Source of the DNA: Candidatus Latescibacterota bacterium
Lineage (GTDB): Bacteria > Latescibacterota > UBA2968 > UBA8231
NCBI GenBank assembly: GCA_965215195.1
Contig: CBDCDC010000001.1
Coordinates: 64,001 to 128,000 of the forward strand
DNA length: 64,000 bases
Reading direction: 5' to 3'
How positions within the stretch are numbered: position 1 is the first letter of the stretch; every line of letters begins with the position of its first letter. The translations under genes were made by a program, and so were the position numbers. This document shows, piece by piece, positions 1-8,643 of the stretch. The notes under the pieces were generated by a model. That model ran no database searches, was not told the origin of the DNA, and worked only from the letters and a program-made list of their open reading frames with translations.

Positions 1-2
1 TT

Positions 3-668
3 GTCGGCGCGGGCTATCCGCTTGGGGTCGCGGCACTCTTGCTGGTCGAATTGGACGGGCCGCAAAGCGAGGTTGAGTGCCACAGCCGTGCGCTGGAATC
101 GCTCTTGCGGCAGACCGGCGCGACCGCGCTCTCCCGTGCCACCACCGAGGCCGAGCGGCAAAAGCTGTGGGCCGGCCGCAAAGCGGCCTTTCCGGCGATG
201 GGCCGGATTAGTCCCGACTACTACTGCATGGACGGGACCATCCCGCGGGGGGCGCTGCCCCAGGTGCTAGAGAGAATCCGGGAGCTGTCGGCCGCCTATG
301 GCCTGCGGGTGGCCAACGTCTTCCACGCCGGCGATGGCAACCTGCACCCGCTCGTGCTGTACGACGGCAATGTCGAAGGCGATCTGGAGAAGGCCGAGTC
401 GTTGGGGGCCGAGATCTTGAAGCTCTGCGTGGAGGTGGGAGGCGTGTTGAGCGGGGAGCACGGGATTGGCATTGAGAAGCGAGATTTAATGCCGTGCATG
501 TTCAAGGACGCGGATTTGGACGCCCAAGAGCGAGTCAAAGCCGAGTTTGACCCGCAGCAAGTATTGAATCCGGGCAAGGTGTTTCCCACCTTGCGGCGGT
601 GCGCTGAGGGCGGGGCCATGCACGTGCATGGAGGCGAGGAAAAGTTCCCGGAGTTGGAGCGGTTTTAA
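3..668 (+). CDS. glcD: FAD-linked oxidase C-terminal domain, glycolate oxidase subunit GlcD-like (5' truncated by window edge)
   Basis: Frame is open from the window start (VGAGYPLGVAALLLVELDG). Motifs ANVFHAGDGNLHP, GGVLSGEHGIGIEK and LNPGKVFP are typical of GlcD. Confidence 0.85.
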   Translation, partial: VGAGYPLGVAALLLVELDGPQSEVECHSRALESLLRQTGATALSRATTEAERQKLWAGRKAAFPAMGRISPDYYCMDGTIPRGALPQVLERIRELSAAYGLRVANVFHAGDGNLHPLVLYDGNVEGDLEKAESLGAEILKLCVEVGGVLSGEHGIGIEKRDLMPCMFKDADLDAQERVKAEFDPQQVLNPGKVFPTLRRCAEGGAMHVHGGEEKFPELERF

Positions 669-761
669 GGCGGTGCGCTCGCCGCCAGTTGCAACCGCAC
701 AATCACGCACGTAGGGGCCCGCGCCCATTGCAGAAGCGAAATCATGCTGAGGAGGCGATTC

Positions 762-1490
762 ATGGCTACGGCCTTTGCCCTAGTGGGCGACCGCTATCAC
801 ACGTCTGATTACATCCGCACGGCTTTGGGCCGCACCTTGGTCCAAGGCATGGGATTGTCCGTTGACTTTACCGACGAGATCACCCTGCTCAACGCCCAAC
901 ATCTGTCGAGCTACCGGCTGCTGATCGTCTTCCGCGACGGCATGATCTGGCCGAATGGCTACGGCCTAGAGGCTGCGCCCGTCAGCGAGCCGCCCGTCGA
1001 GGCCGCGGAATCCCGTCCCGTGCAGTGGATTACCGAGGCCCAAGGACGCGCCGTGCGGGGCTTTGTGGAGGCGGGCGGAGCGGCTCTTTTCTACCACAAT
1101 TCCACGTACATCGCCCCGGGCAGCCGCGACTTCCGCCACGTGCTAGGCGCCGCTACGCAAGGGCACCCACCGGTGCGTCCATACCGCGTTCACATCACGC
1201 GCACAGACCACCCCATAACGTGCGGCGTGGAGGACTTTGTCGTCGAAGACGAGCAGCACTTCATGCAGTACGACAAGGACCCAACCCATGTCTTGGCCGT
1301 CAGTGTCAACGACGACGGACACGCTTGGCAGGACTTGGGCACCACGTGCGAGGCGGCTTGGGCTTACGATTATGGCGCGGGCCGAGTGTGTTATTTATCG
1401 CCGGGGCACACTATCCCCGCGCTGTGGAACCCGGCCTACGAGAAGTTGCAGCAAAACGCCGTGCGCTGGCTGCTGCGCGACGCCTGCTAG
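762..1490 (+). CDS. ThuA-like (trehalose utilisation / class I GATase-like) domain protein
   Basis: GGAGG RBS at 751-755 before ATG 762. Motifs FVEAGGAALFYH, HPITCGVEDFVVEDEQH, YGAGRVCYLSPGH and LQQNAVRWL. Confidence 0.8.
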   Translation: MATAFALVGDRYHTSDYIRTALGRTLVQGMGLSVDFTDEITLLNAQHLSSYRLLIVFRDGMIWPNGYGLEAAPVSEPPVEAAESRPVQWITEAQGRAVRGFVEAGGAALFYHNSTYIAPGSRDFRHVLGAATQGHPPVRPYRVHITRTDHPITCGVEDFVVEDEQHFMQYDKDPTHVLAVSVNDDGHAWQDLGTTCEAAWAYDYGAGRVCYLSPGHTIPALWNPAYEKLQQNAVRWLLRDAC

Positions 1491-1684
1491 GCAAGGCGCG
1501 TAAGCAACCCATCGGTGTGTGCTTTCCGACACAGTGTGCGCCCCCGCAAGCCACCTCTACCAGACTATCAGTGCTGGCATGTATATTGCTTATACGACGG
1601 GCCCGGCACCATGCAGCAACCTACATACCGGGCCTCGGTGCCAAGCCCCCCACTTTGTTGTTCCCCAACGAAGGAGAACCACCC

Positions 1685-2047
1685 ATGCAGCAACCCCCCG
1701 AAGTCAACTCCGATCCCGTGCAAGTGGAGTTGTCCAAGCGGTTAGACAGCTTTGAGCGTCGCCTTGACCGCATGGAGACCAACCAGCGCGAGGACAACGC
1801 CCAATTGCAGCAGGACAACGCCCAACTGCGGCAGGATATGCGGCAGGACAACGCCCAATTGCGGCAGGACAATGTCCAACTACGGCAGGATATGCAGCAG
1901 GACAACGCTCAATTGCGGCAAGATATGCGGCAGGACAACGCCGAGATTCACCGCCGCTTAGACGTGCTCAACGGCCGCATCTATTGGGTTATTGGAACGC
2001 AAATCGCGCTTATGGGCCTTTTGTTCGCCGCCCTGAAGCTGACCTAA
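1685..2047 (+). CDS. Small coiled-coil repeat protein with C-terminal transmembrane anchor (DUF1640/Bdr-like architecture)
   Basis: AAGGAG RBS before ATG 1685. RQDNAQL/RQDM repeats are followed by the hydrophobic tail IYWVIGTQIALMGLLFAALKLT. Confidence 0.75.
   Translation: MQQPPEVNSDPVQVELSKRLDSFERRLDRMETNQREDNAQLQQDNAQLRQDMRQDNAQLRQDNVQLRQDMQQDNAQLRQDMRQDNAEIHRRLDVLNGRIYWVIGTQIALMGLLFAALKLT
1787..1948 (+). repeat. In-frame tandem repeat of 21-nt (CGGCAGGACAACGCCCAATTG) and 12-nt (CGGCAGGATATG) units
   Basis: Read directly: six DN-containing heptads interspersed with three RQDM tetrads. Confidence 0.9.
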
Positions 2048-2084
2048 GTAAGTACGGCTCCCACCAGCGCGGCGGTTTGCGGAA

Positions 2085-4259
2085 TCAATCGCTCGGCCGT
2101 GTCGGTTCTAGCGGGACGGCTTGCCCTGCTTCCAACACCGCGCCGACCTCGCCGCACAGGCGCTCTTTGAGGGTGGTGTAACGCTGGGCGACCTTGTCGT
2201 TTGCAATGGCCAGCTTGAGGGCCTTGGGGGTGCCGACGATGACGATCATTTGCTTGGCGCGGGTAATGGCCGTGTAGAGTAGGTTGCGCTGGAGCATCAC
2301 GTAGTGCTGAGTCGTCAGCGGCAGCACCACCACGGGAAATTCCGACCCCTGAGAGCGGTGGATGCTGATGGCGTAGGCGAGGGTTAGCTGGTCGAGATCG
2401 ACTTGATCGTATTCCAAGGTGTAGTCAAAGCGCACGTAGAGCACCTGCTTTTCCGCGTCGAGCCGCTCAATTGTGCCGATGTCGCCGTTAAAAACGCCCT
2501 TGTCGTAGTTGTTTTTGACCTGCATGACCTTGTCGCCCACCCGGAACTCGGCCCCGCGATGGCGGAGTGCTTGGCCGTGCGGGTTGAGGCGCTGTTGCAG
2601 CCGCTGGTTGAGGTTGAGTGCGCCGGTCTCGCCGCGGTACATGGGCGAAAGCACTTGGATGTCGGCGCGTCGATCCCACTCTCGATAGCTGGGCAGCCGC
2701 GTGGCGCACAACTCCTCCACTAGCTCGACCACTCGCTCCGGGTCCCCCTCGCGGATAAAGTAGAAATCCGCGGCCGCATGGTTTTCGACAACGGGCATTT
2801 CGCCGCTGTTGATGCGGTGCGCGTTGCGGATGATGTGGCTTTTTTGAGCTTGGCGAAAAATCTGCGTCAGGCGCACCACCGGCACTTGGGCAGAGTCGAT
2901 GATGTCGCGGAGCACGTTGCCCGGCCCCACCGAGGGCAACTGGTCGATGTCACCGACTAGCACCAGCCGAGCGCGATCGGGCAGGGCGCGCAGGAGCGCG
3001 TTCATCAGCACCACGTCGATCATGGAAGCCTCATCGACGATCAGTGCGTCGAGTTCGAGGCGGTCGTCATAGCCCTTTTTGAATTGCCGCTCGCCCGGCT
3101 GAAATCCGAGCAGCCGATGAATGGTCTTGGCCTCGCGGCCGCTGGCCTCGCTCAGCCGCTTGGCGGCGCGGCCCGTAGGCGAGCACAGCGCGACCTTGAG
3201 GCCGCCTTCCTCCAACAGGCGCAAGATGCGCCGCGTAACGGTCGTCTTGCCGGTGCCCGGTCCGCCGGTCAGCACTAGCACCTTGCTCGTAGCGACCAAC
3301 TCCACGGCCTGTTCTTGCGCCGGGGCCAATTCCAGCCCGTCTTCAGCTTCTGCGGGCACGGCCAATTCTGCGGCCGATGCTTGCAAAAGCCGCTTTAGCG
3401 ACGATGCGGCACCCACTTCGGAGCGATGGAGCGGCGGTAAGTAGTAGTGCAGGTCTTCGGTGACTACGCCATCGCTGGCGCGCAGGGCCTCCAATGCCGG
3501 CGGCAGCAGCTCGGCGTTGATGTCCAAAATTTCGACCGCCCGCTCCATCATTTCGACCGCCGGCAGGTACACGTGCCCCTCGTTGGCCGCTTCGGAGAGC
3601 AGATAGCGGATGCCAGCCTGCACACGCTCGGGTGCATCGTGGCTCAGGCCCAAGCGCTGGGCAATGCGGTCGGCGATGCGGAAGCCGATCCCATCCACAT
3701 CGCGCTCTAGGCGATAGGGATCGCTGCGCACCTTTTGGATGGCCTCTTGGCCGTAGGTCTTGAAAATTTTTACTGCGTAGCCAGTGGTAATCCCGTGCGA
3801 CTGCAAAAAGACCATCACGTCCTTGATTTGCCGCTGCTCGTCCCAAGCCTCGGCAATGAGCTCGACCTTCTTCTTGCCCAGCTTGGGTACTTCCGCTAGC
3901 CGTTGGGGATCCGCGTCGATGACGTCGAGCGTTTCCTCGCCAAAGTGCTCGACGATGCGCTTGGCCGACCTCGGCCCGATGCCTTTGATCAAACCAGATC
4001 CGAGGTACTTTTGCATGCCTTCGAGGGTCGAGGGATAAACGGCCTTATAGCGCTCCACTTTGAGCTGTTTGCCGTATTTGGGATGATTGGTCCACACGCC
4101 TTCTACTTCGATGCTCTCGCCCTCTTGGATGGAGGCAATCGCCCCCACAATTGCGATTCGCTCCCGCTGGCCCTCTACTACTAAGCGCGCAATGGTATAG
4201 CCGTTTTCCGGGTTGTGGTAGGTCAGGCGATCTATAAAGCCTTTATACGATTGGTTCAT
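2085..4259 (-). CDS. recD2: ATP-dependent RecD-like DNA helicase (RecD2)
   Basis: N-terminal OB region (HPKYGKQL), HhH (YLGSGLIKGIGP), Walker A TGGPGTGKT, SPTGRAAKRL, DEASM, GDIDQLPSVGPG and AYAISIHRSQGSEF. Start MNQSY at 4259 overlaps the upstream stop (ATGA). Confidence 0.95.
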   Translation of the reverse strand: MNQSYKGFIDRLTYHNPENGYTIARLVVEGQRERIAIVGAIASIQEGESIEVEGVWTNHPKYGKQLKVERYKAVYPSTLEGMQKYLGSGLIKGIGPRSAKRIVEHFGEETLDVIDADPQRLAEVPKLGKKKVELIAEAWDEQRQIKDVMVFLQSHGITTGYAVKIFKTYGQEAIQKVRSDPYRLERDVDGIGFRIADRIAQRLGLSHDAPERVQAGIRYLLSEAANEGHVYLPAVEMMERAVEILDINAELLPPALEALRASDGVVTEDLHYYLPPLHRSEVGAASSLKRLLQASAAELAVPAEAEDGLELAPAQEQAVELVATSKVLVLTGGPGTGKTTVTRRILRLLEEGGLKVALCSPTGRAAKRLSEASGREAKTIHRLLGFQPGERQFKKGYDDRLELDALIVDEASMIDVVLMNALLRALPDRARLVLVGDIDQLPSVGPGNVLRDIIDSAQVPVVRLTQIFRQAQKSHIIRNAHRINSGEMPVVENHAAADFYFIREGDPERVVELVEELCATRLPSYREWDRRADIQVLSPMYRGETGALNLNQRLQQRLNPHGQALRHRGAEFRVGDKVMQVKNNYDKGVFNGDIGTIERLDAEKQVLYVRFDYTLEYDQVDLDQLTLAYAISIHRSQGSEFPVVVLPLTTQHYVMLQRNLLYTAITRAKQMIVIVGTPKALKLAIANDKVAQRYTTLKERLCGEVGAVLEAGQAVPLEPTRPSD

Positions 4260-4879
4260 AACAATCCAGATGCCCGGTACAATAACGCCGTACTCCCCGC
4301 GCCCAACGCGCCACCCGCGCCGAGCTGAAGCGGAGTATGGGCCCGCAAGTAAAGCCGCGCCCAAGCGACGGCTGGCCAACTCAGCAAGAAGGGCCACGCT
4401 GCGCTGCCGACGCTGATCAACAATATGTAGGTCGCTCCCCCGACGCCAGCCGCGTGAATGCTGATCTTATAAGAGCGATTGATCCACCAGACCAACAGCG
4501 TATTGACGACGCAAGACGCGGCCGCGACCAGCATCAGGGGCGGAGCACCGATCCCGTAGAGGGCCGCACTCCCCAAAGCGTAGCAAAGAGCACCCAGCAA
4601 GAGCAGGGTAGCGCGCTTGTTGCGGTCGTCTGTATAGGCTTGGTCGAGATAGCCCGAGCGCACCAAGTGCCAGAGTAGCAACCCGGGTACCACAGAGAAG
4701 GTGCCGATCGCCACTGCGCCGGCGAGCCAGTCGCCCAGTACGCGTGCTTGGACGCCGAAGACCAAGAGTGCCAACAGCGCGGGATTGAGCAAGTGCGAGA
4801 GGAAGTGTGCGGCTTGGTGCGGATGCAGACGAAAACAGGGACGAGCTAATTGCTCGCCCCTGTTTGTTTTTTTTGCCAT
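4256..4879 (-). CDS. PAP2-like multi-pass membrane protein
   Basis: About 6 hydrophobic segments. KISIHAAG and WARLYLRAHT resemble PAP2 C2/C3 motifs. Start uncertain. Confidence 0.6.
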   Translation of the reverse strand: MAKKTNRGEQLARPCFRLHPHQAAHFLSHLLNPALLALLVFGVQARVLGDWLAGAVAIGTFSVVPGLLLWHLVRSGYLDQAYTDDRNKRATLLLLGALCYALGSAALYGIGAPPLMLVAAASCVVNTLLVWWINRSYKISIHAAGVGGATYILLISVGSAAWPFLLSWPAVAWARLYLRAHTPLQLGAGGALGAGSTALLYRASGLL

Positions 4880-5292
4880 TTTTTTCCGCTGGCCGCGCCG
4901 CGATCGGGCGGCCTCTCGTCGTCTAGCACAAAGCCGATGAAGCGCTTCTGCCCAAGGGTCTTCAAGTATTGGAGCAGGGAGACCTCGGCCTCCTTGCGGT
5001 TGAGCTGGTACTTTTCGCTGAGCAATTCGATCATCTTGCCGACCGAGTTGCGGCCGTTGCACATCCGCCAGACCTCGCTGCCGACCTCGTCGAGGGTGAT
5101 TTTGCGCTGCTTGGGGATGTAGAAAAACTTGGACAGCAGCCGCACCTTCCAGGTCTCTTGGCGCTTTATTAAGACCCGCACCTCGTCGTTGTCGCTGAGC
5201 TCCCAGCTCAGGGACTCATTGCGCGTTGGCCGCGACGCCAACATGGCGGCCCGGCTCAGCTTGGGTGCCTTGTTTTTTGATAAAATGCCCAT
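4846..5292 (-). CDS. PqqD family / RiPP recognition element (RRE) protein
   Basis: ITLDEVGSEVWRMCNGRNSVGKMIELLSEKY...LLQYLKTLGQKRFI matches the PqqD pattern (L..vg..iW...dG..tv..i...l...y). Confidence 0.8.
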   Translation of the reverse strand: MGILSKNKAPKLSRAAMLASRPTRNESLSWELSDNDEVRVLIKRQETWKVRLLSKFFYIPKQRKITLDEVGSEVWRMCNGRNSVGKMIELLSEKYQLNRKEAEVSLLQYLKTLGQKRFIGFVLDDERPPDRGAASGKKWQKKQTGASN

Positions 5293-6208
5293 TTACTACC
5301 TTGGAGACTAAGTTGTCTTCTGCGTCTTTCTTGCGGTAGAGGTGCTCGACGATTGCGATCTTGTCGAGGTCGGTATCGCACCAGACGCGCCCCCGCAGAT
5401 ATAGGCGCGGCCTCGGGTTCATAAAGGGCAGGGGACGCAGCAGCTGACGCCAGCGGCTGCGCGGCCGCCCCTCAACGCGAATGCCCTCGTGCTCTTGCAC
5501 GGCTTCTGGAGCAATGTCCACCACGAAGTCGCGCAATTGCTTCTTAAAAAAAACCGGATACCAGTCTTGAACATACGCGTCTTTGAGCATGATCCGGGCC
5601 ATGCTCAACCGATGCACCCTTAGAACCTGTTTGCCGCGGGAAAACTCTAGCTGGATGTGGCCCGATTTGAGGGAATGGCTTTGCAGCTTGAGGTCGCTGG
5701 GCGCGAAAAACTGCAAGCCGTACACGCTCCACAGATGAGCGTCCTCAGCTTCTTGGTCGACGAGCGAGCTGAACACGGCCTCGGCTTGCTCGGGCAAAAA
5801 CTCGTCTAGCTTGGCCAGCACTCTCAGGAGCACTACCCGCCCGGACTCCAAGGCGAGCGCTAGGTTGTACGCGCGAAAGTCGGCTTCCCAGATGAAGACC
5901 TCGTATTCCCGGCCTTCGAGGAATTTCTTGTTTTTGAGGAATCGGGCGCGGCGCTGGACCTCAAAGGGGGCATCGACCTTTTGGGCCTTCTTTTGCAGGT
6001 TGGCCAAGTAGCGATCTACCAGCTCGGTCAGGCGCAGGGCCTCGCCGCGGCCTTTGAGACGCCGCCATTCGATCTCGGCGCGCACGATTTCGGCGTCGTC
6101 GAGGCGGGCATAGCCCTTTTCAAAGTCTCCGTCAACCCGGCCGAGATTCCAGTCGTCGGGCACGGACAGCCTCAGTCCTTGCCACGCGAAATCCACCCAA
6201 TCGCTCAT
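5216..6208 (-). CDS. Hypothetical cytoplasmic protein with two internal repeats (possible PsbP/DcrB-like fold)
   Basis: 330-aa ORF starting 2 nt after the upstream stop. Repeats FAWQGLRLSVPDDWNL and WSVYGLQFFAPSDLKL. No signal peptide or TM segment. Confidence 0.65.
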   Translation of the reverse strand: MSDWVDFAWQGLRLSVPDDWNLGRVDGDFEKGYARLDDAEIVRAEIEWRRLKGRGEALRLTELVDRYLANLQKKAQKVDAPFEVQRRARFLKNKKFLEGREYEVFIWEADFRAYNLALALESGRVVLLRVLAKLDEFLPEQAEAVFSSLVDQEAEDAHLWSVYGLQFFAPSDLKLQSHSLKSGHIQLEFSRGKQVLRVHRLSMARIMLKDAYVQDWYPVFFKKQLRDFVVDIAPEAVQEHEGIRVEGRPRSRWRQLLRPLPFMNPRPRLYLRGRVWCDTDLDKIAIVEHLYRKKDAEDNLVSKVVNGHFIKKQGTQAEPGRHVGVAANAQ

Positions 6209-6209
6209 G

Positions 6210-8630
6210 CTAGAAGATCAACACGGAGACCGATTTCTGGATCAGGGCAATCCCCACCGATGCCATCCCCATCAGTGCCATGCCGCAGGAGAAGCCTACC
6301 GCCAGAATCGGAGCAAACTGCCGCCATTCCTGCCGCCCGTACTTGTTCCAAAAGTAGTAGCGAGCCAAGAGCGCACCGACGATCTCGGTGACGACCAAGT
6401 GTGGCAGAGTCGTCAGTGAGCGCACGAAACCAAAGATCAGCAGAATCGGCAGCCCGAGGATAGACAGCAGAATGAAACTCACCAGCCCAAAGCCGGCACC
6501 AAAGGCGATGACCTCTAGTTTCAGCGCCCTAAAGAGCCAAGGCACGTCGGTGGAGTGCTGGATCCAAGAGCTGGTAAAGAGCGGATCGGTATCGACCTCA
6601 AAGTAGAAGGACCATCCGGCCGGCACGGCACGCTCGACCTGCACTTCGAGGGTCGGGCGGGGATCGCGGATGATTGTGTCCATCGCTGGCCCCAGCGGCA
6701 CAATCGCCGGCAGGCCCTCGACAACTTCCTCTTCGGCTAGCTGCTCGTCGCGCAAGTAGCGCTCGGCGACGATGTCGGGTGCCCCCTGCTCAAAGTACGA
6801 GTAGAAAACTTGGGTCGGCATCCACTGCCCGACTTGGCCGCGCTTGCCGTTGGAGTCCAGCCACTCCTGATCCACTAGCCGCACCCGCCAGTACCACCAC
6901 TCGTTTTCGATTAGATTAGCCGGGGTCCATCCCGCCCGGTCGTTGTCTATGGCCAGTTCGCTGCGCATGGTGCCGGTGATAAACAGGCATTGCTGGTAGG
7001 CGCGCAGCCGCCACATTAGCTGGGCATAGGGGTAGGAGGCCGACGGAATGGGTGCCAGTTTCCAAATGTAGGAGCCGTAGAGAAAACTGGTAAAGAGTAC
7101 GATGGGCACCATGAAAATCTCGGCGCGGATGATGCTGGTAAACTGGGTTCCAGTCAATTCGATCTCGCGGAACTTCTGGGTCTGGGCACCGTAGTTGCCC
7201 AAGGGAAACGGAATGAACCAGATGTCAACGCCGCGATACCCAGAGAAGATAATCGTGGCCTCGCGCACAAAGGGGATCTCCACCGTCTGCCCCACCATCC
7301 CGACTAGGCGGGCGTTGACGAAGGACTGAAAGGGCGTGAATATGAAACCAAAAAAGAGAAAAAACCATATAAATTGGGCAATGCCCGGCAGCAGCCAGGC
7401 GGCGATGCCGATCAGGCCGGCCGTGGCCAAGACGTATAGGGCCAGCGCTACCCAGATGGGGAAATCGCCGCGGCCCACGGGGGTAGCGAAGCTGCGCTTG
7501 GGACTGCCATCATCTCCTGCGTTGGCCCTAGCACTGCGCACGCTCTGAAATACCTGATAGATGCCGATGACGGCGATGGCGATGGTGGTGCCGATGCCAA
7601 AGCTCATCCAGAAATCGACATTGTTGACGAAGAAGGTCTCGACCGTGCCCATGCCTTGCTGCCACAAATTCAGGTACGGCTCCTCGCGCCACGAAGGCGT
7701 CCAAGTATAGAGCAGCGGATTGGCAATGGAGGCGACGACCACGCCGAGAAAGGTGCCGACCACGCCCCAAAACGGCACCACTAGCCCGGTAAAGATCGGC
7801 CCCAAGTGCGCGGTAAATCCCAGCGGAGTGGCCGGGATGAAGTTACCGGTGACTTGCGTGAAGTCGACAAAGGGAATGGGTATGAGTTGGATCGGCTCAG
7901 TCAGCAGTGCGCCGGTAATCGCCGGCAAGGCCACGTAGATCGTGCCAAAGACCAAGCCGATCATCGCCCCGGCCGAGAATACTCGCCAGCGCCAAGTCTC
8001 AAGCCCTTGGGTGGTCTCGGCTAGGGCCGTAGCACCTTGGGCGTTTACGGGCGCGAAGGGAAAGGGCAGGCGCTCGTAGTCGGAGCTGAGCCGGAAGAGC
8101 GCGTACGACATGGTGAACCAGTTGATGCGCGAGATGATCATCCCCAAGACTAGGAGTACGATCGGCATCGCCCAATCCGAGTGTAGGAAGGTCCGCTCGA
8201 TGATGGCGGAGGAATTGAGCGGCGGTGCCACCCAAGTGGGAATCAGCTTGGTGATGCCGAACTGCTTGGCCGCTGGGGATTGCACCAAGTACTGGTTGTA
8301 GAGCAAACCCTCAAAGGCACCAGTCTCCGCGGCAATCAGGGAGGAGGCCACGTAGAACAGCACATAGACTTCTTGGCGCCGGAGGGAGGAAAAGGAGCGC
8401 TTGGTGATTTCGGCGAAGAGGATGATGGTCACCCACTCGGCCGCTGCCCCCAAAGAGCCACCGATCATCAGGCTCAAGTACATGTTGCCCGGCACCATGA
8501 TAAAGGCGACGAAGAATACGCCGAGGATGGCCTTGATCGTAAAGCCGTTCTCGAAGCGGTCCGGGACCTGCATTAGATCCCGATATTCTTCGATCTCTTG
8601 GTTCGGGTTTCTATTTTTTCTTCCGAGCAC
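6210..8630 (-). CDS. OPT/YSL-like oligopeptide transporter-type polytopic membrane protein with a soluble insert
   Basis: Many TM helices. N-terminal GFTIKAILG...EWVTIILFAEI...LRRQEVYVL and YERLPFPFAPV resemble OPT-superfamily patterns. GGGAGG RBS before the GTG start. Confidence 0.7.
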   Translation of the reverse strand: MLGRKNRNPNQEIEEYRDLMQVPDRFENGFTIKAILGVFFVAFIMVPGNMYLSLMIGGSLGAAAEWVTIILFAEITKRSFSSLRRQEVYVLFYVASSLIAAETGAFEGLLYNQYLVQSPAAKQFGITKLIPTWVAPPLNSSAIIERTFLHSDWAMPIVLLVLGMIISRINWFTMSYALFRLSSDYERLPFPFAPVNAQGATALAETTQGLETWRWRVFSAGAMIGLVFGTIYVALPAITGALLTEPIQLIPIPFVDFTQVTGNFIPATPLGFTAHLGPIFTGLVVPFWGVVGTFLGVVVASIANPLLYTWTPSWREEPYLNLWQQGMGTVETFFVNNVDFWMSFGIGTTIAIAVIGIYQVFQSVRSARANAGDDGSPKRSFATPVGRGDFPIWVALALYVLATAGLIGIAAWLLPGIAQFIWFFLFFGFIFTPFQSFVNARLVGMVGQTVEIPFVREATIIFSGYRGVDIWFIPFPLGNYGAQTQKFREIELTGTQFTSIIRAEIFMVPIVLFTSFLYGSYIWKLAPIPSASYPYAQLMWRLRAYQQCLFITGTMRSELAIDNDRAGWTPANLIENEWWYWRVRLVDQEWLDSNGKRGQVGQWMPTQVFYSYFEQGAPDIVAERYLRDEQLAEEEVVEGLPAIVPLGPAMDTIIRDPRPTLEVQVERAVPAGWSFYFEVDTDPLFTSSWIQHSTDVPWLFRALKLEVIAFGAGFGLVSFILLSILGLPILLIFGFVRSLTTLPHLVVTEIVGALLARYYFWNKYGRQEWRQFAPILAVGFSCGMALMGMASVGIALIQKSVSVLIF

Positions 8631-8643
8631 TCGCTATCCTCCC

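Noticed and set aside
1025-1684. 340-aa ORF 1025-2047 as one gene
   Set aside because: The first ~220 codons overlap the ThuA gene and intergenic DNA. The real start is probably ATG 1685, which has an SD.
1787-1948. Possible CRISPR array
   Set aside because: Units are contiguous, in frame and coding, with no unique spacers and no cas genes.
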